Shown piece by piece: positions 37,566 to 50,769 of a stretch of DNA of 64,000 bases; the stretch's first letter is position 1; every line of letters begins with the position of its first letter. The notes under the pieces were generated by a model. That model was not told the origin of the DNA, ran no database searches, and saw nothing but the letters and a program-made list of their open reading frames with translations. A program made the translations under genes and the position numbers. Source of the stretch: Trichoplax sp. H2. Lineage: Eukaryota. The stretch lies in contig NOWV01000202.1 in assembly GCA_003344405.1 (NCBI GenBank), forward strand, positions 1 to 64,000, written 5' to 3'.

Positions 37566-39807
37566 CTATCCTTGACGCAGCTTGGCTAGCCTCTGACTTA
37601 ATTCATCCTATATAAATGAAGGCTGATTAGATACCAAAAGTGCTGGTATTTTTTATGAATCTTTACCAAATGATTCATGCGAAGTGTATAACAAACATCA
37701 CCTGCTCAGCATTAGCAACAGAAGCGGTTCCAAGGGATGCTGTTTGGCCATTGGGCAATTCCATATTAAGTTCCAACCTGATATCATGTATTGGTATTAA
37801 TCATACGTTTCACAGTTATAGTAACTAAATGATGAATAGTTTGTTGTTGTTGTGGTATACGCACCCGTGTTCATCAGCAACTTGGTTCATTAAAGAATCC
37901 ACTTGGCCCTGTGATTATTATTGAATATAGTCCATTACTTTAATCAATGAATAATTAGCCTTGACAATAAAATATGACATTGTAACGCCAGTGGATCGTA
38001 ATATCGATACAGTCTTTACGTACCTGCGGTACAGTTAATGTTGTGGAATTGGACATGGCATTATCCATGCAATTCGTTTGAACATCTAAGTCTTCAAATT
38101 GTCTTTCGAATCTGTCAAGTAAATTTGTAACCTGTAAACAGAATAGAGGATTTTAATGCTATCGAAGTTAAAGAATGAATCACAGATTTTGGTGCTATCG
38201 ATAATTGCACATGGTGACGGAGTAGGCGTAATATGTATAAAGTTGATCTATCGTGGTTACTAATGTCTGTGATAGTTGAAGGATTTTAACATCGATATCG
38301 TATGCAGATATGACAATAGAATAATTTTGTGCTTAATATCAAGAGATCATTGATATAAAGTAGAATGTGTTATTTCATATTGTAGTACTGACGTTACCTT
38401 TTCTAAATTCATCGATCTCATAGCACTATCCATAGACTTTACTACCCCTGCCATAGATCCAGTCACCTATATTTTTTCAGTCATACAAAAAATGAATATG
38501 ATTTATCTTAACATAATCAAATTTTTCAGTAACACACAAAATTAATCAGCATTATGACAAACCTGTTTCATAGTTACGGCAGTTTGCACTCTTTGCGCAA
38601 CAGCGTCTACTCTCGAGCTTAAGCGTAAGAAATTTAACGCCTGCAATCCATCGTAATATTAGGCAAAAAGTAGGTACAACGCATCGGTTGAGTCCATAGT
38701 AATATTAGACAAAGTGTAAGTTCAACGCTAGCTATCGTAGTACACTCCTCTATCACTGAAGGATTCCTGTATACTAGTGATTGAATCATGAGGTGCAGTT
38801 CTGTCGAGTGACTAACCTGATTTTTTTGTCTGATAGCATTTTCGGCATGAATTCTAGCGCCTTCTACATTACCTTTCTGTATAGCCTGTACGCAGATAGT
38901 AAAAATACATGAGCATTAGTTGATGTCAATCCGCTACGAGCAAGTGTTGGTAAATTCGTTGTACAATTGTATCAATATGAGGAGTGTTAATCCAAGTTCA
39001 AGTGACTATACAGGTTGTCATCGTTTGCTCTTCCTTATTAAGACGAAAACTTGCTTTACTCTAATACATCATTTTAAAGTTAAATTTTTGACCTTTTTTA
39101 ATTTCAATTTTTCGGCCTTTTCATCTTTGACACATTTTTGAGAATGTCTGTTGAGATCCTTAGCAGCAAACTATTTATCAATAGAAAGATAGAATATTAT
39201 TGAGTATCGCTATCGATGTCGAAATGTAGCCATCACTACTGTAGCCTGATTCAAACTATTTTTATCCCAGGTAGAATGTTCTTGCCATCGATTGAGGTTT
39301 ACTATTCACTACAAATACAAATGGTCCCAACATAGACACTATTATTATTGTTAGGGCAGGCGAAAAGGGCTTCTGTTGAAGTTATCGATATTCTGTCTAT
39401 CGTAATGTTTCTATTGTAAGTTAAAAGACAACATGGATGGCAAAGATGGTCGAAAACATCACGTCCATTGGGGACAGGAATTGGTGTTTTGGCCCTCGTT
39501 ATGGGAATGATGATGTCATCCTCGTCTAATCTGTTTTGATCCTATCCTCAGACTTACCTTCAAGTTAAATAAATGTTCTGCGAGCAATCAGGAATTTGGA
39601 ATTAAGGAAAGATAGACATCATTGACATTATCCTATTCAATTGAAGTGAATTTATGCCTAAACGAGCACTAATAGAACATTTGATCTTGACTTTATTGAT
39701 CCAACTACTATAGCACTGGACATGATTTCATCGTCTCCATAACAAAAACTCGATTTCTATTTTGAATTAGTTTCAATCAAGACATAAAGTTAAAGGATAC
39801 TTTCCAT
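37566..39807 (-). CDS. CHMP1B: ESCRT-III subunit CHMP1B (Did2/Vps46 family), 10 exons, 196 aa
   Basis: Exons 39807-39801, 39577-39558, 39170-39093, 38885-38817, 38640-38563, 38466-38398, 38131-38024, 37908-37865, 37777-37702 and 37607-37566 total 591 nt. Protein: MEKHLFNLKFAAKDLNR...ARIHAENAIRQKNQALNFLRLSSRVDAVA...DELSQRLAKLRQG*, ending in a MIM-like helix. Confidence 0.95.
39578..39800 (-). other. U12-type (minor spliceosome) GT-AG intron, CHMP1B intron 1
   Basis: 5' splice site GTATCCTTT (minus strand, 39800-39792). Branch point TTTCCTTAAT (39610-39601) lies about 24 nt before the terminal AG. Confidence 0.88.
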
Positions 39808-41149
39808 CTTTTTTTCCAACGATTCTACAGCTCAATAATATCGACTAAAAGGCAGGAAAACTGGATAAGCGTTTGGTGATTTCGTTAACTTGATAATTGC
39901 CTCAATATTCAATGGAATCCCTTTGGAAGCTAGGAAATGGATCACAAATTAGCTTGGAGAATGGCCTTGGCTTTCCTCTACACTCGTCTCGATGTTATTG
40001 TACTAGCGTACACTATGACTACGGTGACTAGTATCAGCGGTCTGGTTCTACAAGCCAAGATGGACGCTAGGGACTACGGTACAGTACTGAAATGGATGAT
40101 CGTCTAGCAACTGGGATATTTTCATTCTGATCCTATAGCTTTGTATGGCTTCAGTAGACATGATAGCGCACTATCCCTCTCAAGCTAAACACGGACGGTA
40201 ATGACCAGTTACGGTTGGTTCCTAGCGCTATGACGTCAACAAGTTATTTTTAGATGGATGGAAGATCCCCACCCGACCTGCTACAGTACTCATCCTGTAC
40301 AAAAATACTGTACACTGTAGAGCAACGACTAATCCACGACAGTAAAACTTCTCCCGTCAAAGTGGTAATGAACCAATTTTTCCCTATTGTAGGCTAAAAA
40401 TACTGACAAGTTTTATGTCAAAAATGTGTCCACTGTTGTTTTGGTTGGCAATATTGTGAGCAAAAGACTTTTCATTGCAGCGTACCATACAGGACACTTA
40501 TTTTTCACATTGCCTCTCTACTAGGTATAGTAGTCTGTGATTACAGTACAAACTGCAAGAGAAGAATGACAACGCTTTGTATCGATTGTACAGTACTTAT
40601 TCTATGCTACAAGTAATTTCTAGTCGTCCGCGGTACTGTACTGGATAGGTAGTGTGGAAAATAGATGTCCACTACGTCGTCAAAAGTCTATCGCTGGCCG
40701 ATTTGCCAACCACACCCAAGTCTCCGACACGTTTGCTATAGAAAGGCTGTATTGGTATACCGTACAGTGTACACTACAGTGACGTGGAAAATTTTATGCT
40801 GTAGATACGGCTATGGTCGTCCCTGGCTGTACACTGTAGTCTCCGGCATTTTGTAATTTTATTTTACTACCTATTGGTGAAATTGCTCTTTAAATTAATA
40901 GGTAGTAACTGTACTGTCCGTACTTTGAAAAGGCAAGTTCTTTCGTTTGGAGAGATTTCTTTCCTGCGCCAGAAGAAGAAAGCAGGCCCACACTACAACA
41001 GTACTGTACAGTACACTGTGCACTATACACTGTACCCAACACTACAACAGTACTGTATCCCTATCAAACCTTAACCGTTCTACAGTGTAGGCATGTACTG
41101 TAGTACTGTAGACAAACCTTGGCATTCGGGTCTGCCAACCAAGTTGGAG

Positions 41150-41455
41150 AACTCAAAATGGCCCCGGTAAAAGAAGACCCCGTAAAACAAAACCGAGTCT
41201 TCTTTAGTAACTCAAAATGGCCCGGTAAAAGAAGACCCATAAACGAAGACCCGTAAAACAAAACCGAGTCTTCTTTTAGTAGTCCATCAATGTACTGGAA
41301 AATGACTTTTTGACTTCCATTGATGGTCATTGGATAACTCAAAATGGCCCGGTAAAAGAAGACCCGTAAAACAAAACCGAGTCTTCTTTAGTAACTCAAA
41401 ATGGCCCGGTAAAGGAAGACCAGTAAAACAAAACCGAGTCTTTAGTAATTCAAAG
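41150..41455. repeat. 57-59-bp tandem repeat (~4.5 copies in two blocks), units containing a hairpin
   Basis: AACTCAAAATGGCCCGGTAAAAGAAGACCCGTAAAACAAAACCGAGTCTTCTTTAGT-type units at 41150, 41209, 41336 and 41393. Confidence 0.9.
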
Positions 41456-41592
41456 TCAAAGATACGGTTCTTATCCCGTAGTTTTCTAGGAGCAGCGAGC
41501 AGAAGTAAATTGAAGCTGGGAATGAGCAATTTGCCGTAGTTCGGTGGGGTAATAATGAATGGAAAAGTCCCCGGTACGGAACTAGTCTGGAC

Positions 41593-41761
41593 GTCTGTAC
41601 TTGATATTGACAAAATTTTATAGACATTCTGCTTCCAAAAGTGACTAGAATCGGATAATAATAATGAAGAGAATTACATCTGTACTTGATATTGACCAAA
41701 ATTTTGTAGAGATTCTGCTTCCAAAAGTGACTAGAATCGGATAATAATAATGAAGAGAATT
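41593..41761. repeat. ~85-bp tandem duplication
   Basis: TCTGTACTTGATATTGAC...ATTCTGCTTCCAAAAGTGACTAGAATCGGATAATAATAATGAAGAGAATTA occurs twice. Confidence 0.9.
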
Positions 41762-42649
41762 AAGTTTAAAGAGTTGATTACTGTACAGTATATAGTGGAA
41801 TCATATCAGCAGAGTACAGTATAATAACGTACTAGGTAAGAAATAATATTATACTGTATAATGGTCAATCAGTAAATTCCCCTAAAAGAAAAATAACGAG
41901 AAAACGATGGTTAGATTTTTCTTCGATCGCCAGTCCATAAACATTGCTCACTTGGTCAGAATAATTCATAAAGCACAGAGTTATTAAGTGCGCAATAAAG
42001 TACACAAAGCAAGCCCAGAAATTCTTAAGTTTATAATAACCAAAGACACAGGTATTGCAAAGTATTTGCATTCTAGTGGCGGGAACACGTTACATGCGTC
42101 CCTTCCAGAACAGTACTGTATTCTAAAATTGATTCAAAAAATGAAGAGGATAAGGCAATCAACGATTGTAAAATAGGAACTTCTTCAACATCATGTCAAT
42201 GTTGTAAAATAAATCACCATGATGCTTCAATATTGAACCATTTACCTAACCTTACAGCAGTACCTACTGTTTTATCTCTCTTTCCTAAGGCTGTTTCATT
42301 CATTAAGTATAAGTCAATCTATTTTCACTAAACGTTATAGATTTTATCTTATAAATTCTTCCACTAACATTTCTCTCCGATGTCTATTTACCAATCGATT
42401 TTTATTCATCATTTTTCTCCTTAGTATTTCGGTAACAATCTACTATTTCCACATTATATGAATGATTATCGTTGCGCTCGAAATGCTGTAGATACGTACG
42501 TCATTGGTCATTCATTTTAATAGGATATTATAGAAAAAATCTTTTTCACGTTTAAGTATTTTCAATTTATTTGCAAGCGGCATTCTTAACCAATGAATAC
42601 TAGATGATCGATAAATCATACACCATTCTCTTCTAGCAGTTCTATTAAC

Positions 42650-43190
42650 TTCTGAGGGGCAATTTTAGGACAAACGTTTAACTTTTTTTTCAGTTTACAC
42701 TGCACATACAAAACTTATTCTTAATTCTAATTCTGACTGTGGTGTATCTTCCAATAAGGAAGAGTACCAACCAGGTTCTACTTCTGTCGAAAATACTATC
42801 CATCGGAAAAAATCAGAAAAAAAAATACGTCTAAACACATGTACTTTAATATGCACACAGTCTATAATGAGTAGAGATGGCTAGCAGAAAAGATGTCACC
42901 AGCAAGGAAAGTGTGACATCTTTTTTATGTGAACTTCTGAGGGAGAATTTTGGGGCAAATGTTTATTTTTTATTTTTTCAGTGTATATACAATGTACATG
43001 CAAAATTGATTCTTTATCCTGATTCTGACTGTGGTGTATCTTCCAATAAGGAAGAGTGCAAAAACCAAGTTCTACTTCAGCAAAAAAATACGTCAACATA
43101 CGTCTACTTTAATATGCACACAGTCTATAGTGAGTACAAGTGGCTAGCAGAAAAGATGTCACCAGCAAGGAAAGTGTGACATCTTTTTTG
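42650..43190. repeat. ~290-bp period imperfect tandem duplication upstream of ORC3
   Basis: ATTCTGACTGTGGTGTATCTTCCAATAAGGAAGAGT at about 42730 and 43022. TGGCTAGCAGAAAAGATGTCACCAGCAAGGAAAGTGTGACATCTTTTTT at about 42878 and 43141, with a fragment at about 43330. Confidence 0.85.
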
Positions 43191-43664
43191 CTAGCTATCC
43201 GCTGTCGATTTTTTTCCTACACCGCCGTCGACAGTGTATCCTAATTCATTTGTAACTATAGGCGTAACTCCACCGGTCACAGCAATACCATACCAACTGT
43301 ATTGTACAGTATGGCCATGAAGGTAAATCGCTAGCAGAATAGATGTCACCATCAGAGCATGTCTACTGGACAGCGTACTCATACATCAGCATTCAACAGA
43401 GCATGCACATTGCAGATCCAATGGTGGCTGAGCCAAGGAATCAACTGCTCCTGGCTAGGAAAGGAAGGTAAAATAGACCTGGAGTTATCCCAAAATCCGC
43501 AGTTATCTTGGTAGAAAATAGCATGCTAGCTCGCAATCAAGATTCTTTTCCTCAGATAGCAACTCTACTCTCTGGTTGTTAATTACAGCTAGCATTGTAC
43601 AAGAAGAGAAGTATCCTTGCTGCACCATCTCATCCTCCAATCGGTCATTTGAAAATACTGCAAA

Positions 43665-46600
43665 ATGGACGAGACTACCTCCGTTTCAAAGGTATCATTG
43701 ATTAAAATTACAACTTGCTATAGCATTTACTCCGCTAAACTTCATGAGTAGAGTATCGTACTTGTACCTTGCCTCGGATAATTCACGTGATATCTCTTGC
43801 CAAGTCCTCATGTTGTAGACTTGAGCCATTTCCGATGCTTTCACGCCGAATATTACTAGTAGCTCTACGACCTAACGATACTCAATGTCAACAGAAAATC
43901 GAAGGAAAGCATATCAAATAACGTATCATCAATAACGATTTGAGTAGAGTCAACCGAGAGCAATGGTCGTGCCTCAGTTGTTCTACGCTGCAAGAGTTTC
44001 CTTACTGCATAACCAATATTTTAGCCGATGATGTATAAGCTGAAAAGGCTACATATATCCATGTAATCTCTTCAATTTGAAAGCTATCGTTGGTCAGTAT
44101 ACTGCAGTTACTCATCAGTCTCGTTTGCAAGTCACAATCCATTTTTATCGTGCAACTGTATCGACGTAGATGAAGCCTTTCTAAGTTGATGGAGATGCAG
44201 CTGCAGATCAAGTCAGGGTGGTGTGTAGGAGAACTGCAGTGACGGTTAATTTCATCCTACTCGTATTCGAGCCCTGTTGAATATTATATTGTCCTCTCAC
44301 ATATTTGTAGTATATATGCATATATACATCTAGAAGTAGGAGAATAGAGGTTACAAATGAATACTTGTGTCAGCTAGCTTTAGCTTTAGTAATAGCTTGT
44401 CCATCGCATCACTAGTATATATTACTGTACTCGTATACTTGTAACAAAGTAGAGTGAATCTGCCAATAAATACCTGCTGTAATCAGCTTTAGGGAAGGTT
44501 TATTTGTATCATGCCTGCGATAGATTCGCATTTTTGCACCATAGATTAAGTGAATAGTAAAGTGGGATAAATACTGCAAATAAATATCAGTGATTACTAA
44601 TTTTATCATATCAATATAATGTAGTAGTAGAATGGAATACAGGTTGCAAATCAATGCAACTACTTGCAAGCTTCAATGATAGCTTTATCAGCGCAACAGT
44701 ACATGGATTTGTCATATCACTCCTATAATGTCTAACAATTATAAAATTGTCAATCACTAACTTTAAATATTTTTTGCAAATACAGTATGAATGAGTAGGA
44801 TTATTGAACTTAATTTTGCTGTAATATGTGCTGCTCATACCGATACCATTCATTCATGATCTCGAACTGCAACGACTTCTGGCTTCTATCAAATACTGTC
44901 AATGCAACTCCAATTGTAACTAGTAACAGGATAATCGTTATCATCTGCTTATTTATTATAGGGATGCTTTGCATTTAACGCAATCCCGAGCAAGAAAAGT
45001 AAACACGCACCGTTAGGTAATACTCTCCCTGGGTATTTATTGTGAATTTACCAGTAGTTCGGAATTTAATTCCACCTTAGCTAGGTAAACGCATAGTATA
45101 TGAATATACCCTTTTAATTCTGTATTAGATCATACTTTATGGCCTATGCTACGTGGAGAAAATGAAAAAACAAGATCTGCAAGACGTCAATACTATACAG
45201 AATGTTTAAACCGGATTCATTCTGAAGCACAGGTATCAATCCATGCAACTTCGAACAAGGAGCTTTCATTATATTTTTCTCTTGTGTTTGTACCGTTATT
45301 ACAACAGAAAGTAGATACCAATAAATAGCCTGGCATGCAGTGTACAGTTTTATGAGCTGTACAGTCAATAACCAATACTGAAATATATGACCAAACCCAA
45401 TAACTTTGAGTGGTGTTACTTAATTAGTGGATAGAATGACCAACCAAGCATCATATTTACATTCTTTCAACCCGATTGACTTACCTTAGGTCTACTACTA
45501 TTATGTTGACTACTGAAATGCATAAACTAATGTTGTAGCCTTAGCAGCAATAAATACATTTTACCTGTAGTTAGGACTACTTTTTAAAGTAATGATCGAC
45601 ACTATTAACTTTAATATATTCTTACTAATAATAATTAGACAGAATTGTCAACTATGAATGCCCACATCTTTTCCGAGCTGATTGCTTACCTTAATTCCGC
45701 CACTACCAATTTGGCAAATGATAACACCGATGTTTCTATTTGGGCCAAACTCATTCCTACAGCTGTTATTGTCGCAGGTAGAAAATGTGCCAAAAGTAGA
45801 GAAAATATGAATTATATATAATACTTTTCAATCTAATAGCTTTCAAAATCGTTATCACACTTTTATACAAAGGTGTCAACATGCCTGATAATGCTATCCT
45901 ATTTGATCATTTGGCTACCCAAATTCAACAAACTGTAACGCCTATGTTTGCTCGCTTAAATTCAAGAGATTGTATAAGTTAGTGTCAGTTTACCAATAAG
46001 GTGTTTAACAATCAAAAAGTATTGCTTTAAAATTTAGGAAATGAAGAGTATGACTACATATTGGTATATCATAATTCTCATTGAAGAGTGGCTCTAACAT
46101 TTATTATTCGCTATAGCTGTAGAAAAACTAGTCAAGAGCTTTATGGGGCAAATGAAAGAGAACATGGTAAGCACCCAATATTGCCAATATAAAAACACTA
46201 TTAGCATTAGATGATACGGTAATATTCGCCAATCTGATAGAATGATCAGGTATCCGGAACGGAAGTGGAAATAACCAATACAACAAGTTATAGCATGTTT
46301 GAATTACCGGATTGGTACGATAGCGTAATAGAAGTACGTATGTCACAGGCAAAGTGATTATTTTGCATTACCAAGATGATGACATGTATACTGTGTGAGT
46401 AAAATGATAACTAACTACACGTACATGATCCTTTCCTTATGGCACTTTATTGTAGGCTTTGCATAGGAAAAAACAGAAAAGGTAGATTGTCAATACTGGT
46501 GCTATTATAGCGTACATGTTGAATCTTCTGCGTATATGATAGGATAAAGTTCTATTCTATGCTTTCATTTATAAATTATCATGATTGGAGTAGTTCCAGA

Positions 46601-49600
46601 AGCGTTAAGAAAGGCAGGAAACGAAAGAGCCAGCAAAGTTTGTTCTAACTTAATTAGAATACTTGATATGACTATGTTTACCCTTCTATCGCTATAGCAT
46701 TTCCGAAATTTATGTCAAATTTTTAAATATGGTATTTTTATTTTATTACGTAACGCTATCCTCATTAGCTGAAATTGAAAAACCTGCCATAATTATTATA
46801 TTTGAAGACTTTGAATCGTTCTCGCCTGCGGTCGTTTTGGATTTTGTTAAAATTTCCAGGTAAAGCTCATTTATTATCGTATACTCTATTTATTTCGAAT
46901 ATACTAAATTGAAATTAGTTGATAATCAACTGTAATTTTAGCTATTTTAAGTTACAAATTTCTATTATTATCGAATGCAGTTAATAATTTTTTCTTTTCA
47001 AACAGTTATTATGCATGTAAACTTCCTTTGGCCTTTGTATTTGGTATTGCAACAACGGTATCTGCTGTGCATAAATCTCTGACTTATTCTGGAACATCGC
47101 TTGTTGAAATTAAATTATTCAAGTCCTATCCAACAAAAGTTTACTTGGAGAATGTGTTATCAAAGGTTATATGACATACCGTATTAATCTTTTTCAATAG
47201 GATAAACTTACTGATAGGAATCACAAATAATCATATATGATTAAAACATTTATTTGGATTTATAGGTTCTATTAACGCCTAATCATCGCTTTAAACTTGG
47301 ATTTAGACCATTAAGTCTACTAGTTGACAACTTTTTCTGCCATGATTTCTCGGTTTCTGGTTTCATGAGTGGATTAAAGGTAACTCAATTACTACATACT
47401 ACGTCTACCGTTAATTGTTTGATGACTAATAAACAGTTGCCCTTTTATAGTAATCGTAGCCTAATTTTTATGTAAACTTTCAGTACGCCATGATGGACCA
47501 TTACTATTCGAACGAATTAAGTATACTATCTATGCCAAGTCAGCCAAACCAAGCCATTGTTATAACTCTTAAACAGCAGATTAAAGCATTATCTCATGAA
47601 CAGCTGGAATTAGTTAGAATGTTGCCATCATTTCGAAAGTATTGATTGTAGATGCGGCATTATCTTTATCATGTCATGTTAGCTAATGCTATTCTGGTAA
47701 CCTTGCTTAATTTTGAAGGTATGTTGACGGATTACCACCTAAGGAACAGAAAAAACTCATACTGGAAGATAAACTGTTAAAGGTTATATGAATTTCAATT
47801 ACCCCGGAGTGATCGAATCGTAAGATGTTGTTACTATCGAACTAGGACAAAATTATGGAGCTATTAATCGGCCTTGAACAATATCATCAGTTATTTTTCC
47901 CGATGCTTCAATGTTTGGATAATGTCACGCGTATTCTGCCCAAGAATCCTTTGGGGAAACTGGTAAGTGGACAGTTTTCAGGCTAACTTGACCTGTTGTA
48001 AAAATATTAGCTATGTTTTCCTCAAATTTCATGAAATTTTGTATTATGATATTCCTTAAAGACAATCGAAGTTTATCTGCGTTGCATACAATCCAACATT
48101 ACTGAAGAACAGGATTTTAAGGATTCCATGAAATTGTTAGGGTAAGTTTATCTCTTAATTTATTTTACAGCTGCTATAAAATTGTTACTTAAAACTTTGA
48201 ATCTCTATTCTTGTATTTGCTAAATAGCATTTTCAGCCTAATGACAATATTATGTAATTATGATTGGCTGTTAGATCTACATGTAGTGAAGAGCTAATAT
48301 CATTTCTCACATCATGTATCCAGGCCATCGAAGAATACGCTGTTAATAGGTATAGGTAACTGTAGTAAAATGAGCACGCTGTTGAAATTAACTTCATTGA
48401 GTTGTTTTTGAAGAAATAACAATCAGTTAAGCGAAATCCTGAATACACTAACAAATCTGCTAACCAAACTTCGTACACTAGCCGGTATGACATACGGTTG
48501 TAGTCAAAAGCTTTAATTATTATTTTATGATTAACTTCGTTTGATCAGTATAGTAAGAATAATTTTGCTCTATTTGAATATGATAAATACGAATTTTTAT
48601 TAGACGGATCAGCAGGAGATGAAGAATTCGCGGATAATGACGATGATAACGAAACTGATCAAAATCAGAAAATAGATCGTTTCAAGTTGCAAGAAGTAAA
48701 TGACTATTTTAGCTTATCATCATCTTTGTTCTGTCAACCTTATGCCACATATAGCCAAGTTAATAACGTCATTATTTATGTATCTAACCGTAATATATAT
48801 TTTAGCGTCTTAGGCAGCTATCAAAACGTAAGAAAAGACCAACACGCTTTGAGAATTGCCGTAGCGAAATTGTAGAAAAACTAACAGAACTATTTAAGTG
48901 AGTAAATCGTAAAATGCAACTTCTTACTTGTTAATTACTCATGAGATTATAACTGTGAGCTATGTATATAATCTACATGTCAATAAGTACAACTTTAAGC
49001 TATGGGCTCTTAGGAAATATGCAAAGTGTCCATCTGAAGTGCCATTATACGAAGTTTGTTACTATGAATCAGTATCGGTGCTGAAGCAGGTTTATGGAAT
49101 TAATTGATCATGTCGATCCGTGTGTATGTATTTATCTTGCTTTCTTTATTTTTGGGGTAATATTATAGCATGTGACTGCATCGCCGCGTATGTCAATCCA
49201 GAAAGCATTAACAGATTTTTCGTCTTACCTTAAGGTAATATTAAAATTATCGTTTCGACTGAATTTATAGCTATTCCCACGAAAAAAATTACAGTTATGA
49301 TAACTGCTGATGAATTAAATTACTGCATAGAATTATTTCTTATCGTATTTTTGTTGTATTGCTAACTTTCAAAATAGAATGAGACAAAAGATTACGAGCA
49401 AACTCCCGATATCTGTGTTGCGTATCAGACATTAGAAGACAAGAAAAAACTTGTTAATTTAGAGGATTGGATGCAGGTAGAGTGCGCTATAGAGATTTCG
49501 TTTTGCATATTACTGCATCACTCTTAAGTCAGTGATAAGTATATATAGCTATTTTAATTCATCATATCTATGTATTACTGCACTTTGTTTTTATTTTTAA

Positions 49601-50042
49601 TGTCCTACTACAAATAACAAGTACTGCTTAATTCTTGATTGTTGTAGGAATTTATTCATGAAGCAAAATTTGTTGATAGTAAGACATTGTGCAATGGTAA
49701 TACAAAACTGAATCGTAAAGATAAGCGTACAAACAAACAACAATATCAAGAGCAAAACCAAGAATACGAACAAGAGTTACAGTATGCTATATTAATTATC
49801 CTTAAATGAAAAAGATTTCATATATTTGTCGTCAATTTTGTGTGGGTATATTCCAAATATACTACCAGGATCAAGACCGCTGCAGTAAAGATGCGTGTTC
49901 TTTTTTAACACATTTTAAAATTATTTACTGCCACTGCAGGATGAGATTCATGAGAGCCGTATCGGAGCTTCAATTTTTAGGATTTATTAAGTATTCTAAA
50001 AGGAAGAGTAACTATATATCTCGATTGACTTGGATTGGCTAG
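43665..50042 (+). CDS. ORC3: Origin recognition complex subunit 3, >20 short exons
   Basis: MDETTSVSK / GCFAFN start; [77 protein letters not shown]-terminal [20 protein letters not shown]. Internal exon borders only partly verified. Confidence 0.93.
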
Positions 50043-50769
50043 CTATTCGGTTATAGTTGGTAATTTTACAATAATTTTTTTATCTTTAAAGCCATTAATT
50101 CTCTACACAGAGAGTTATAACTATTAACTATCTACTGGTAAATGTAATGTTATATTCTATATTATGATTGTAGACAATGGTAATGGCCAAATAGATTTAC
50201 CTAGTTTACATAGCATTACTCAATGTCCGACACCGTTTCCAAAACGATGATTGCACTATGGATTGTGCCATGAATGGAATATGCCCATATAATTCATTGT
50301 GCTGTACTATTTTATATGCTTGTAATTTTGAACTAAATCGCTGACGACTAATACGTTTAATCGCGAATTTTTTCCAGCAATAATTTCTTAAAGAAATTTC
50401 AATCTGAGCATTTTCCTATCTACTGCTACTATACAATTGCAGATTGTGACTGATGTTGATCTACAGATTCATGATTAGCTTCAATCTTAGTGCATACAAA
50501 GTTGCCCATCTACAACATAGTTATTAATGCCTTTGTTTCATTCACTTTACGTCAAGATATTATTTTTTCAATTTAAATTAAATTAATAACTGCAATTTCT
50601 ATCGTAAAAGGCGTCTCAAAATGCCATTGCTACCATGAAAAATTTAGGAAATAGACAATAAGTTTGCGAAAATACATGTACAGAGCTATTTTGTAGGTCT
50701 AAATTAACGCAACAACATTACACTTGGACCTATAGCTGGTGATATTATGCTCTCATATATCTTGCTTGA

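Noticed and set aside
41064..41699. Short ORFs with repeated peptides (PGHFELLKKTRFCFTG; NSKWPGKRRPVKQNRVF)
   Set aside because: By-products of the 57-59-bp repeat; frames shift between copies and there is no splice or homology support.
42877..43179. 100-aa ORF upstream of ORC3
   Set aside because: Spans one period of the ~290-bp duplication; no motif support, and ORC3 has its own conserved start at 43665.
49783..49939. Last ORC3 intron as a second U12 candidate (GTATGCTAT; CTTTTTTAAC upstream of the AG)
   Set aside because: Donor lacks the TCC core and the branch match is weak, so it cannot be called U12 by eye. The TAK1 donor GTATCTTAT at about 33778 was rejected for the same reason.
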